Under the pieces are notes generated by a model. It saw only the letters and a program-made list of their open reading frames with translations. It was not told the DNA's origin and did no database searches. Shown in pieces: positions 55,784 through 64,000 of a stretch of DNA of 64,000 nt. Location of the stretch: NCBI GenBank assembly GCA_041662295.1, contig JBAZSR010000002.1, positions 2,130 to 66,129 on the forward strand, read 5' to 3'. Source of the DNA: Elusimicrobiota bacterium (lineage in GTDB: Bacteria > Elusimicrobiota > Elusimicrobia > UBA1565 > UBA9628). Position 1 is the first letter of the stretch. Each line of letters starts with the position of its first letter. The translations under genes were made by a program, and so were the position numbers.

Positions 55784-57360
55784 GGGCGGCGCCGGCCCTC
55801 CTGCTCCTGCTTGGAGCGCTGTCCCTGCTCGGCTTCGGGCTTGCGTCGGCGCAGAACGACCTCGACCTCTCGGAGCACGACCTCCTGATCCAGCGGATGG
55901 AGCGGTCCCTCCGGGAGGACCCCTCCACGGTGGACGCCCTCGCGGACCGCATCAGCCGCTCGTCCTTGGCCGGGCTCCTCACGACCGCCCCGAACCAGGA
56001 CCGGCGCCTCGAGGAGATCAAGGAGTGGATCGGCGCGCACCGGGACCAGGCGGCCCAGATCGCGGTAGGGCTGGCGCGCGACGACGCCGAGGACAACGAC
56101 GCCTTCGAATCGGCGCTCAAGACCAGCCTGCAGAGGAGCAAATCCGCCTTCAAGCTCAGCTCCGAGCTCGACAAGACCATCCTCGGCAAGCTCAAGGAAT
56201 CCAGCGGCGCGACCCGGGCCGCGAAGACCGACGAACTGCTCAAGGACGAGGAGAAGGGCGAGCTCGTCAAGACCCTCTTCGAGGGGGACGGCAGCATGAC
56301 AGGCAAGGTCCTCGGGTTCGGGGACTCCAAGGATTCAGCCCCTCCCGCGGCCTCGGTCATGGCAGGCTCAGGCTTCTTCGACAACCTCAGCGCCGTGAAC
56401 ATGGGCGGCTACTCCCCCCAGCTCCTCGCCATCCAGAGCTCCCTCAACGCGGCCAGAGTGCCGGGGGCCCCGCGGCTCGTCGAGACCGGCCGGCTGGACT
56501 ACGAGACCCTCCACTATCCCTCGTACCAGATGCGCTTCGACTTCCAGAACCTTTCGGCGCGCCTGCGCCGCGACCGGACCCTCGCGCTGGCCCGGCTCCT
56601 TGGCCGGGAACGGAGCCTCTCGCCGGAGGACCTCCGGGACCCGAAGCTCGCGCTCACGCTCGAGCAGGAGGCCGGCGCCCGGCTCCCTCCCGACGCCCGC
56701 TCGGCCAAGCGCGCCAAGCTCCTCGACCGCATCCGCGGCCTGCTCGCCGACTTCTCCGCCGCGGCCGCGGTCAGCCGCGACCCCTCCAAGATCACACGAG
56801 GACTGCTCCAGTCGCTCGGGAGCAGGCAGAAGGAAGCCGGCCGCTGGATCACGATCGCCTCGTTGGAGGAGGAGCTCGCCCTGATCGCGGCCGAGGAGGG
56901 CTTCCTGTCGCAGGGGCTCCTGGCCGCCATCGACGCCTGCCCCGTGCCCGAGGATGCCAAAGCCGCGTACAAGCGGCGGGGACAGGACTACGCCCAGCGC
57001 CTGGCCGCGCTCAAGGCCAACGACGAGGCCGCCATCGCGGGCCTCGAGGCCCCAGGCTGGGAGGCGGGCGTCGCGAAAGTGCAGGCCCTGCTTTCCAAGA
57101 ACGCGGGCCTGCGCAAGAACCTGAGCCGCGACATCCGGGACTACACGGTCGTCCCGAGCCGCCTGGCGGCCACGCTCCGCGTCGTGCCGCGCTGGAGGAG
57201 CATCCTCGAGGGCCTCGTCCTGCGCTTCTTCCCGTCGAGCGGCTACGCCCTCGGCCTGCGCAAGGAGGAGCGGGAGGCCGGACGCTTGCGCGACGTCTTT
57301 CTGAAGATCGCCGCAGGCGACCGTGACGCGGCCCACGAGATCCTGACCGCGGGGTTCTGA
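55780..57360 (+). CDS. Secreted hypothetical protein (526 aa, helical/charged)
   Basis: ATGA overlap with the upstream gene. Signal peptide MRAAPALLLLLGALSLLGFGLASA. Confidence 0.5.
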   Translation: MRAAPALLLLLGALSLLGFGLASAQNDLDLSEHDLLIQRMERSLREDPSTVDALADRISRSSLAGLLTTAPNQDRRLEEIKEWIGAHRDQAAQIAVGLARDDAEDNDAFESALKTSLQRSKSAFKLSSELDKTILGKLKESSGATRAAKTDELLKDEEKGELVKTLFEGDGSMTGKVLGFGDSKDSAPPAASVMAGSGFFDNLSAVNMGGYSPQLLAIQSSLNAARVPGAPRLVETGRLDYETLHYPSYQMRFDFQNLSARLRRDRTLALARLLGRERSLSPEDLRDPKLALTLEQEAGARLPPDARSAKRAKLLDRIRGLLADFSAAAAVSRDPSKITRGLLQSLGSRQKEAGRWITIASLEEELALIAAEEGFLSQGLLAAIDACPVPEDAKAAYKRRGQDYAQRLAALKANDEAAIAGLEAPGWEAGVAKVQALLSKNAGLRKNLSRDIRDYTVVPSRLAATLRVVPRWRSILEGLVLRFFPSSGYALGLRKEEREAGRLRDVFLKIAAGDRDAAHEILTAGF

Positions 57361-57375
57361 GCCCTCCGGCCGCCC

Positions 57376-58074
57376 CTACCTCGGCGGAACGACGCAGTAG
57401 CCCCGGCCCGACACAGCCGTCAGCCACCGGTCCGACCGCCACCCGAGCTTGAGCCGGATGCGCCGGACGTGCACGTCCACGGTCCGGAGCGCGCCCTCGG
57501 ACGGAGGGTCCATGCCCCAGACCTTTTTATAGAGCTCCACACGGTCCTCCGGCTCCGGACTGCGGCACGCCAGCTCGTAGAGGAGGCTGAACTCCTTGGG
57601 GGTCAGATGCGGGTAGTCCTTCCCCTTGAGGAAGACCGTCTTGCGGCCGTAGTCGAGCCGCAGGTCTCCGACGGAAACCTCGGGGGGGTGCTCGGCCTCG
57701 GGCCGGGAGCGACGCAGGAGCGCCCGGCAGTAGGCCAGGAGGCGCGCGCCCTTCACCGGCTTGGTCAGGTAGTCGTCGGCCCCCATGTCGAGGCAGGCCA
57801 CGTCCTGGCCCTCCCGGTCGTTGCCGGTCAGGATGAGGACCGGGATGCTCGCGCTGCGCTGGTCCTGCTTGAGCCGCTGACAGACCTCGACGCCGCCGAT
57901 GCCCGGCAGGACGAGATCCAGGATGATGAGGTCCGGATGCTCCTCGAGAGCCTTGGCCGCGCCGGCCTTGCCCGTAGCGGCTTCGAGGACCGCATAGCCT
58001 TCGCGGGTCAGGACGTCCGACACGGCCTTCCTGAACCCGGCGTCATCCTCGATGAGCAGGACCCTTTGAGCCAT
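57376..58074 (-). CDS. OmpR-family response regulator
   Basis: REC domain (LLIEDD...DLIILDLVLPG) and winged-helix Trans_reg_C (LTPKEFSLLYELA). Confidence 0.9.
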   Translation of the reverse strand: MAQRVLLIEDDAGFRKAVSDVLTREGYAVLEAATGKAGAAKALEEHPDLIILDLVLPGIGGVEVCQRLKQDQRSASIPVLILTGNDREGQDVACLDMGADDYLTKPVKGARLLAYCRALLRRSRPEAEHPPEVSVGDLRLDYGRKTVFLKGKDYPHLTPKEFSLLYELACRSPEPEDRVELYKKVWGMDPPSEGALRTVDVHVRRIRLKLGWRSDRWLTAVSGRGYCVVPPR

Positions 58075-58100
58075 CGTCGTTATTATATAACCTTACTGGG

Positions 58101-59297
58101 ATGCGGAGCCGATACCTGTTGTTCTTCCGCGCGGTCCTGGCCGAGACCCTGCTCCTGCAGTGCCTCTACGCGCCCAGCGGGGACGGCCCGCCCTGGCGGA
58201 TCTGGGTCCTGCTGGGGCTCTACGTCTTCTTCGGCCTCGCCTTCTTCCTCCTCGAGAAGCGCCTGCCGGCGCTCGGAGCATGGCTGCCGGTGTCCTTCAT
58301 CGTTGACCTGGGCATGACCTCGCTCATCCTCCTGGCGGCAGGGGGCTTCGCCGGCGACTTCCATATCGCCTTCTTCCTGGTCATCCTGAGCACCGCCCTC
58401 ATCGACAGCATGGCCTTCAGCTTCGTGGTCGGAGGCGTGACCTGCGTGGTCTACGCGTCCCTGGCCCTGCCCTCCTTCAAGGACGCCCTGCAGCCCCACC
58501 AGCTGCTGCGCCTCTCCCTGCTCCTGACCACGGCCTTCTTCAGCACCTTCATCGCGGACCACGCCCGCCGCGTCAAGTCGGCCACCGCCCAGGAGTACCA
58601 GGAACGCCTGGCCTGGCTGGAGCGGCTCTCGTTCACGGGCCAGGCCCTCGCCCGCATCCTCCACGAGCTCAAGACCCCCCTGAGCACCATCAGCCTCACG
58701 GCGGAGTCCGCCAAGGAGCTCCTGCGGCAGGGCTCCACCCTGGACTTCGAGACCCGCCTGACCAGCATCGAGGCGGAGGCCGACCGGGCCGCGCAGATCG
58801 TGGCCGGCTACCTCGATTTCGTCCGGCCGACGAAGCTCGCGCTCAAGCCCCTCCCTGTGCAGGAGCCCCTGCGCCAGGCGCTTGCCTCCGCGAAACTGCG
58901 GCTGGAGGACATGGGGATCTCCGTGGCGGAGCGCCTCGGCGAGGAAGCCCTGGTGGAAGGCAGCTGCCGACACCTAGCCCAGCTTTTCACCATCCTCATC
59001 GACAACGCCATCGCGGCCATGCCCCTCGGAGGACGCCTGGAGGTCGAGGTCGGCGTCCGGACCGGGAGGATCGTCGTGTCCATCGCGGACACCGGGGTCG
59101 GGCTCACACCCGAGGAAGCGTCCCTCCTCTTCAAGGACTTCGCCACGACCAGGCCGGAGTCCGGCGGCACGGGCCTCGGCCTGTCCATCGGCCGCTGGAT
59201 CACGCTCCAGCACCGGGGGGACCTCGGCCTCGCCAGCCCGGGACGGGCCAAGGGCGCGGTCGCGACGGTATCCCTGCCCCTGGCCCCGAAAAGTTAA
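58101..59297 (+). CDS. Membrane sensor histidine kinase
   Basis: Four to five TM helices, HisKA (ILHELKTPLSTIS) and HATPase_c (GTGLGLSIGR). Divergent from the response regulator. Confidence 0.85.
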   Translation: MRSRYLLFFRAVLAETLLLQCLYAPSGDGPPWRIWVLLGLYVFFGLAFFLLEKRLPALGAWLPVSFIVDLGMTSLILLAAGGFAGDFHIAFFLVILSTALIDSMAFSFVVGGVTCVVYASLALPSFKDALQPHQLLRLSLLLTTAFFSTFIADHARRVKSATAQEYQERLAWLERLSFTGQALARILHELKTPLSTISLTAESAKELLRQGSTLDFETRLTSIEAEADRAAQIVAGYLDFVRPTKLALKPLPVQEPLRQALASAKLRLEDMGISVAERLGEEALVEGSCRHLAQLFTILIDNAIAAMPLGGRLEVEVGVRTGRIVVSIADTGVGLTPEEASLLFKDFATTRPESGGTGLGLSIGRWITLQHRGDLGLASPGRAKGAVATVSLPLAPKS

Positions 59298-59342
59298 CAG
59301 AAAGTTTGGTGGCCGCTCCCGGGCCCCGGGGTTAAGCTATGA

Positions 59343-61069
59343 GTGATGACCGCCAGGGCTTACCGACGGACGGACGGATCCAGGGGCGCGGTCCAGGCCG
59401 GAGGCCCTGGCCTTCCAACACATTGGAGGGCCAGGTCCCGGGGATCGATCCTCCTCGAGACGGTCCTGGCCATGTTCATCATGACCACGGTCGGGGTCTC
59501 GCTGCTCTCCATGGTCCAGCGGTCCCTGGTGGTGTCCTTCAAGGCCCGCGAGCAGATGACCTGCTCCAGGATGGCGCAGACCGGCTCGGCCAGGGTCAAG
59601 AACATCGACTTCTACTACCTGTTCGCCGCAGATTCGGCCCAGGCGGACCACGGGCTCCAGGCGGCCTACCCCTACCGGACGGTTCTCGACGGGCTCAAGG
59701 CGACGCTGGGCGGCGCGCGGTTCGACCGCTTCCGCATCCAGGTGACCTTCATGCGCCGCGACATCTCGGACTCCAACGGCGACGGTCTGACCTCGGACCT
59801 CGTGCCCTTCCGGGACGACAACGGCGACAGCATCGACGACATCGACTCCAACATCCGCTTCAGGGACCAGAACACGGACGGCGACTTCACGACACCTACG
59901 CGGCCGGAGGCCGCACCGTCGCGGAGCAGCCCGACACGCACATCAAGAAGGTCCAGTTCGACGTCTTCCGCCAGGGCCGGCTGGTCTGCTCCCAGACCGA
60001 GTTCGTGTCCTTGGAGCAGTTCTCGGGGGACTACAACCCCTCGAGCGAGGCCTCCCTCTCCCTGCTGATCTCCACCCCGGCCAACAGCGGCTACCTCTAT
60101 GACCTCGGTACGACGGCCAGACAGCAGTCCTGGAGCCTTCCCATCGCCAAGGCCTACCCCTCGGACATCCCCCGCTACCGGGCCGACGGCATCTCCCCCT
60201 TGACGGTCGAAGGGGAGACCGACCCCCTGGCGAGCGTCAACCTCTACGTCAATGCCAGCGGCATCCTGGCCAGCCCGGCTGCGGACATGGGCGGGGTCTT
60301 CTCCGCGAGCCCCCTCGCGGTCACGCTGGCCCTGGTGGAGGGCACAGACGAACTCCGGGGCCAGGCCTCGAAGGACGGCTACGCCTCGCCCATCGGCCAG
60401 AGGACCGTCATCTACGACCTGCAGGCTCCCTCGGCGTCCTCCCTCTCCCCCGCGTCCGGGGGAACGATCTTCACCCGTTCGCCGTTCGTCGCCGCGGTCC
60501 TGACGGACCCCGGGGCCTCGACCACCACCACGAGCGGCGTCTGCCCCGAAGTCATCACCCTGTTCATCGACGGGGCCGAGGTCCACCACTCCTACGCGGA
60601 CGGGACCGTGGTCTGGGTCGACTCCGTCACGGGCATCTCTCCCGTCCTCTCGACGAAGGCCTACACGGCCGTCGTCGAGTTCGGCGACTACGCTGGCTAC
60701 AAGGCAAGCGCGACCTGGACCTTCACCCTCTCCGTGCCGGACACGGACCACTCCGCGCCCTCGGTCGCGAATAAGACCCCCATCGGCGGCTCGGCCCCGG
60801 CCCTGCCCGAGATCTCGGCCAAGGTCTTCGACAACCAGAGCGGCATCATCCTCTCGAGCATCGTGCTCAAGCTCGACGGCGCGGTGGTGGTGGACGCCTC
60901 GAACATCGCCTCCCACTACGATGCCGCCGGCGAGCGGGTCTTCTACACGCCGTCATCGGCGTTCACCTCCGGCTCAAGCCACACGGTCGAGGTCACGGCC
61001 AGCCACTGGGCCACGGACCCCTCGAACAAGGTCACCACGGTCGAGACATGGGACTTCACGGTCGAATGA
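59343..61069 (+). pseudogene. Prepilin-leader (type IV pilin-like / pseudopilin-like) protein with dockerin-like Ca-binding loops, frameshifted near 59905
   Basis: RG|SILLETVLAMFIMTTVGVSLL pilin-class N-terminus. Loops DSNGDGLTSDLVPF and DDNGDSIDDID. The frame switches from ...QNTDGDFT to (D)TYAAGGRTVAEQPDTHIKKVQFDVF... and continues to 61069. Inserting one nucleotide restores about 575 aa. Confidence 0.6.
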
Positions 61070-61070
61070 T

Positions 61071-61910
61071 ATGAGGTCTGACCCCAGAGGCGGCGTGACG
61101 CTGACGGAGCTCATGCTGGGATTGGCCATCATGGGGATCATGGTGGCGGGCTTCTCCACCATGCTCGGGTTCATCGTCAAGACCACGACCAAGGCCCAGA
61201 CCACGGGCGAGGCGCAGGAGACGGTGCGGCAGACCCTCTCCAGGGTCGAGGATGCGCTCGCCGCCGCCAACCAGGTCACGGTCACCTCCGGGACCTTCAT
61301 CGAATTCATCGCGGACCTCGACCAGAGCCCTTCCTACGACCCCAACGGCGACCTCGACGGCGACGACGTGCCCAACTACCGCGACGGCGACCGCGACGGG
61401 GACGCCGGCCTGCTCCTTCCGGCCGTCAGCCAATGGCAGGCCGGGTACAACCTCAAGGACGACGATGAGGACGGCGACGGCCAAGTCGACGTCCGGCAGC
61501 GGATTTACCTCTCCAGCCGCGCGGTCTACCTGGACATGAGCGTCAACGGCTCGGCCTGGAGCGCCTCACGCCGCAGGGTCCTCGCCGTTGACATCTCCAC
61601 GCTCAACTTCACCTACTGGGGGAACAAAGCCAACACCCTGGGCCGCAACCTCGACCGGGGCAATGACGGCGCCTCGGGCACCGGCGACCAGGGAGAGAAC
61701 GACGGCGTCATCTCGGCGCGCGAGATGGACTGGGTCCAACCCGCGGCCGGCATGGGAGACCGCAGCCGCTTCCTCGACACGACGAACGAACGACGCTATG
61801 TCACCACGGTCCGGATCCACATCGGCTCGGACCGCAACAGGGACGGGACCATCGATTATGCCGTGGAAACCGACGTGTATCCGCCGCTCCTGCCGCTCAA
61901 GAGCAGGTAG
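61071..61910 (+). CDS. Prepilin-leader protein with Asp-rich Ca-binding loops
   Basis: MRSDPRGGVTLTELMLGLAIMGIMVAGF, which fits the G-F/V-T-L-x-E prepilin consensus. DPNGDLDGDDVPNYRDGDRDGD. Confidence 0.65.
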   Translation: MRSDPRGGVTLTELMLGLAIMGIMVAGFSTMLGFIVKTTTKAQTTGEAQETVRQTLSRVEDALAAANQVTVTSGTFIEFIADLDQSPSYDPNGDLDGDDVPNYRDGDRDGDAGLLLPAVSQWQAGYNLKDDDEDGDGQVDVRQRIYLSSRAVYLDMSVNGSAWSASRRRVLAVDISTLNFTYWGNKANTLGRNLDRGNDGASGTGDQGENDGVISAREMDWVQPAAGMGDRSRFLDTTNERRYVTTVRIHIGSDRNRDGTIDYAVETDVYPPLLPLKSR

Positions 61911-61944
61911 AGAGAAGGGGCTCGGCCAACAGGGCAGCGCGCTG

Positions 61945-63147
61945 TTGGCCGCGCTGGCCGTGCTCCTGTTCGCCCTTCCGGTCGCCATCGTCTTCTACAA
62001 GCACTCGGCGCAGACCCTGATCAGCGCCGTGGCTGAGAAGCGCCAGAAGACCGCGGCGTACCTCGCCAACAGCGCGGTCACGGACTACATGCGGCAGTTC
62101 TCTCAGGACGCCTACAACGGCCACTACGACCTGTCCACGCTGAGCAGGCCCGAGACCTTCACCGGCGCCGGGTTCTCCAGCGTGGACTTCGAGGCGGACA
62201 GCGTCAACCGCACGGTCTTCCTGCGCGCCACCGGCACCTACGGCAGCTCGGCCAGGCCCCTGGCCCGCAAGGTCCTCGAGGCCCTCATCCAGTTCGCCTC
62301 GGACCTGGTGCAGTTCGGGGTCATGGTCAACGGCGGCTGGAGCATCAGCTCGAGCAACGTCACCTACTTCGGCGGGTTCTACACCAACGGCAACCTCTCG
62401 ATCACCGGGGCCAACGTCCGCTTCCAGGGAGGGCCGCTGGTGGTGGCCGGCAACGTGGCGGGCAACAACGCGGTCGTCGACGGAGACCTCTACTACAGCG
62501 GGGTGAGCGCCGCGAACATCACCGTGCTCGGCCAGACCTACAACTATATCCCAGCCATCACCTGGCCGACCCTGGACTTCGCCTACTACGACGCCCACTA
62601 CACCTACAAGACCACGGTCAACCGCACCATCGTGTTCAACTCCACGAACACCTTCACCGTGGTGGGCGGGGCGACCTACGGCATCCCTGCCGACGGGGCC
62701 ATCATCTACGGGGAGAACTGCAGCCTGACCGTCCGCGGGGTCGTCAGCGGCCGGGTCACGGTGGTGGCCGGGTCTGCGGCCGCGGGCAATTGCGCCTCGG
62801 CCTCGGGCAGGGTCATCGTAAGCGACGACCTCTACTACGTCGGCGCGAGCTCCATCGCAGCCGGGCCGAACCAGTCCTTCGCGGCCCTGGCGCGCAACTG
62901 CGCCCGGTTCCAGAAGAACGCCGCCAACCTCACGGCCGTGGGCGTCTACTTCGTGCAGGAGGGGACCAACAACATGGAGCTCGCGGGCACCGCGGGATTC
63001 CGGTTCCAGCTCTTCGGGGTCCGCACCCAGATCGTCTCCCCCTCGGGCTTCGCGCCCAACTCCTACACCTACGACCCCAACCTGCGCTCCTACCCCCCTC
63101 CGGGACTGCCTGAGAAGGCCCTCCTCGTCAACTGGAACCTGCGTTAG
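61945..63147 (+). CDS. Degenerate pilin-like N-terminus fused to a predicted parallel beta-helix domain
   Basis: QQGSALLAALAVLLFALPVAIVF. Repetitive GNxSITGANVxF/GNVAGNNAVVDG beta-helix-like strands. The start codon is uncertain: no ATG, TTG at 61945 or GTG at 61960, and an SD-like GAGAAGGGG at 61912. Confidence 0.45.
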   Translation: MAALAVLLFALPVAIVFYKHSAQTLISAVAEKRQKTAAYLANSAVTDYMRQFSQDAYNGHYDLSTLSRPETFTGAGFSSVDFEADSVNRTVFLRATGTYGSSARPLARKVLEALIQFASDLVQFGVMVNGGWSISSSNVTYFGGFYTNGNLSITGANVRFQGGPLVVAGNVAGNNAVVDGDLYYSGVSAANITVLGQTYNYIPAITWPTLDFAYYDAHYTYKTTVNRTIVFNSTNTFTVVGGATYGIPADGAIIYGENCSLTVRGVVSGRVTVVAGSAAAGNCASASGRVIVSDDLYYVGASSIAAGPNQSFAALARNCARFQKNAANLTAVGVYFVQEGTNNMELAGTAGFRFQLFGVRTQIVSPSGFAPNSYTYDPNLRSYPPPGLPEKALLVNWNLR

Positions 63148-63177
63148 ATGATGTATCATCCCCCAGGAGACGCCCCA

Positions 63178-64000
63178 TGAGAGGAGACCAATTCTTCAAA
63201 GAGATGGCCGTCCGGCCGCCGTTCACGAAGCTCCACCCCCGCGTCGGAGCCTTCTTCAAGGAGTACCTGGCCAAGGAGAAGGTGGTGCGGTTCGGCGACG
63301 GCTATGTCGTCAACACGAACTTCCCGCCCTACCCGAGCCCAGCCTTCGAGCGCTTCGCCGAGGGCTTCGCCGACGCCGGGTCGACCGTGCACCGCAGGCT
63401 CCATAACGTGACGCTCGCGGTGACCAACCGCTGTTCCTACAAGTGCTGGCACTGCTACAACGCGGACAGGAGCCCCCGGGACCTGTCCCTCCCCCGCCTG
63501 GAAAGGCTGGCCGAGGAGCTCGCGGACCTCGGCGCGGTCTGCGTCACGCTCACCGGAGGCGAGCCCCTCATCCGGGAGGACCTCCCCGCCATCACGGCCG
63601 CCTTCGGCAAACGCTTCTGCCTGACCTTGGGCACCACGGGAGCGGGCCTGACCGTCGAGAAGGCCGCCCGGCTCAAGGCTGACGGCGTCTTCGCGGTCGG
63701 GATCAGCCTCGACTCCCAGGACGAGGCCGAGCACGACCGCCTGCGGGGCGTGCCGGGCGCCTTCAAGACAGCGCTCTCGGCCCTGCGCCTGTGCCGGGAG
63801 GCCGGGCTCTACTCCTATGTGGTGGCCGTGGCGAGCAAGGCCCTGCTCGAGAAGACCGCCTTCTTCTCTTTCCTGAGGTTCTGCGGGGACGCGGGCGCCT
63901 ACGAGACGCACCTGCTCGAGCCCTGCCCGGTCGGCCGTCTCAAGGGAAGGAAGGACGCGGTCCTCTCTCCCGAGGACTCCAGCCGCATCCTCGACTACCA
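63178..64000 (+). CDS. Radical SAM domain protein (3' end outside the window)
   Basis: RBS AGGAGA. The segment TNRCSYKCWHCYN is a CxxxCxxC cluster. GGEPL motif. Confidence 0.7.

Noticed and set aside
63156-63911. 251-aa minus-strand ORF
   Set aside because: It is antisense to the radical SAM gene, which has an SD and a CxxxCxxC motif.

Overview
This is a high-GC (about 70%) bacterial chromosomal window with three parts.

(1) 1-11.5 kb, ordinary core genes. A 5'-truncated typA/bipA, a GIY-YIG protein, an ATP-grasp protein, and a secreted HExxH-PDZ protease. A DEAD-box RNA helicase lies 2 bp from a secreted lipase-like hydrolase. Then ribosomal protein S1, a secreted caspase(C14)-Hcp/Sel1-repeat protein, and the lipocalin Blc.

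(2) 11.5-22.9 kb, a lower-GC composite accessory island at tRNA-Val(CAC). It holds an ORF6N gene split by a 1.1-kb IS (27-bp inverted repeats, 5-bp target-site duplication, inserted at the centre of a palindrome) and an intact paralog. Four to five degenerate repeats resemble the tRNA-Val 3' end and delimit small islets that each encode a secreted or hypothetical protein. A 5.7-kb integrative element sits between two identical full copies of tRNA-Val(CAC); it carries a tyrosine integrase, a Mor-like regulator, unknown phage-like genes and two lipoprotein genes.

(3) 22.9-64 kb, core genes plus a large glycan locus. uvsE, then tRNA-Gly/tRNA-Thr-tuf-rpmG-tRNA-Trp-secE-nusG-rplK-rplA. The ribosomal block then breaks off into a roughly 22-kb cell-surface glycan locus: GT4, GT-C, Wzx, malQ, fcl, a methyltransferase-GT2 fusion, an FkbM methyltransferase, GtrB/ArnC-like GT2 plus GT-C pairs, asnB and GT9. 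Inside that locus is a 947-aa secreted tail-fibre-like repeat protein with a C-terminal S74 autoproteolytic chaperone domain. After the locus come an orphan GAF-PAS histidine kinase-TldD-secreted protein operon, an OmpR/histidine kinase pair, and three consecutive prepilin-leader proteins with dockerin-like Ca loops or beta-helix tails; the first is frameshifted. The window ends in a 3'-truncated radical SAM gene.

Two apparent single-nucleotide frameshifts (a GT4 and pilin-like protein 1) and a perfect 28-bp-stem AT-rich hairpin between GT9 and asnB are also noted. No CRISPR array and no rRNA were seen. Many long ORFs in the track are antisense or low-complexity artefacts typical of high-GC DNA and were not called.
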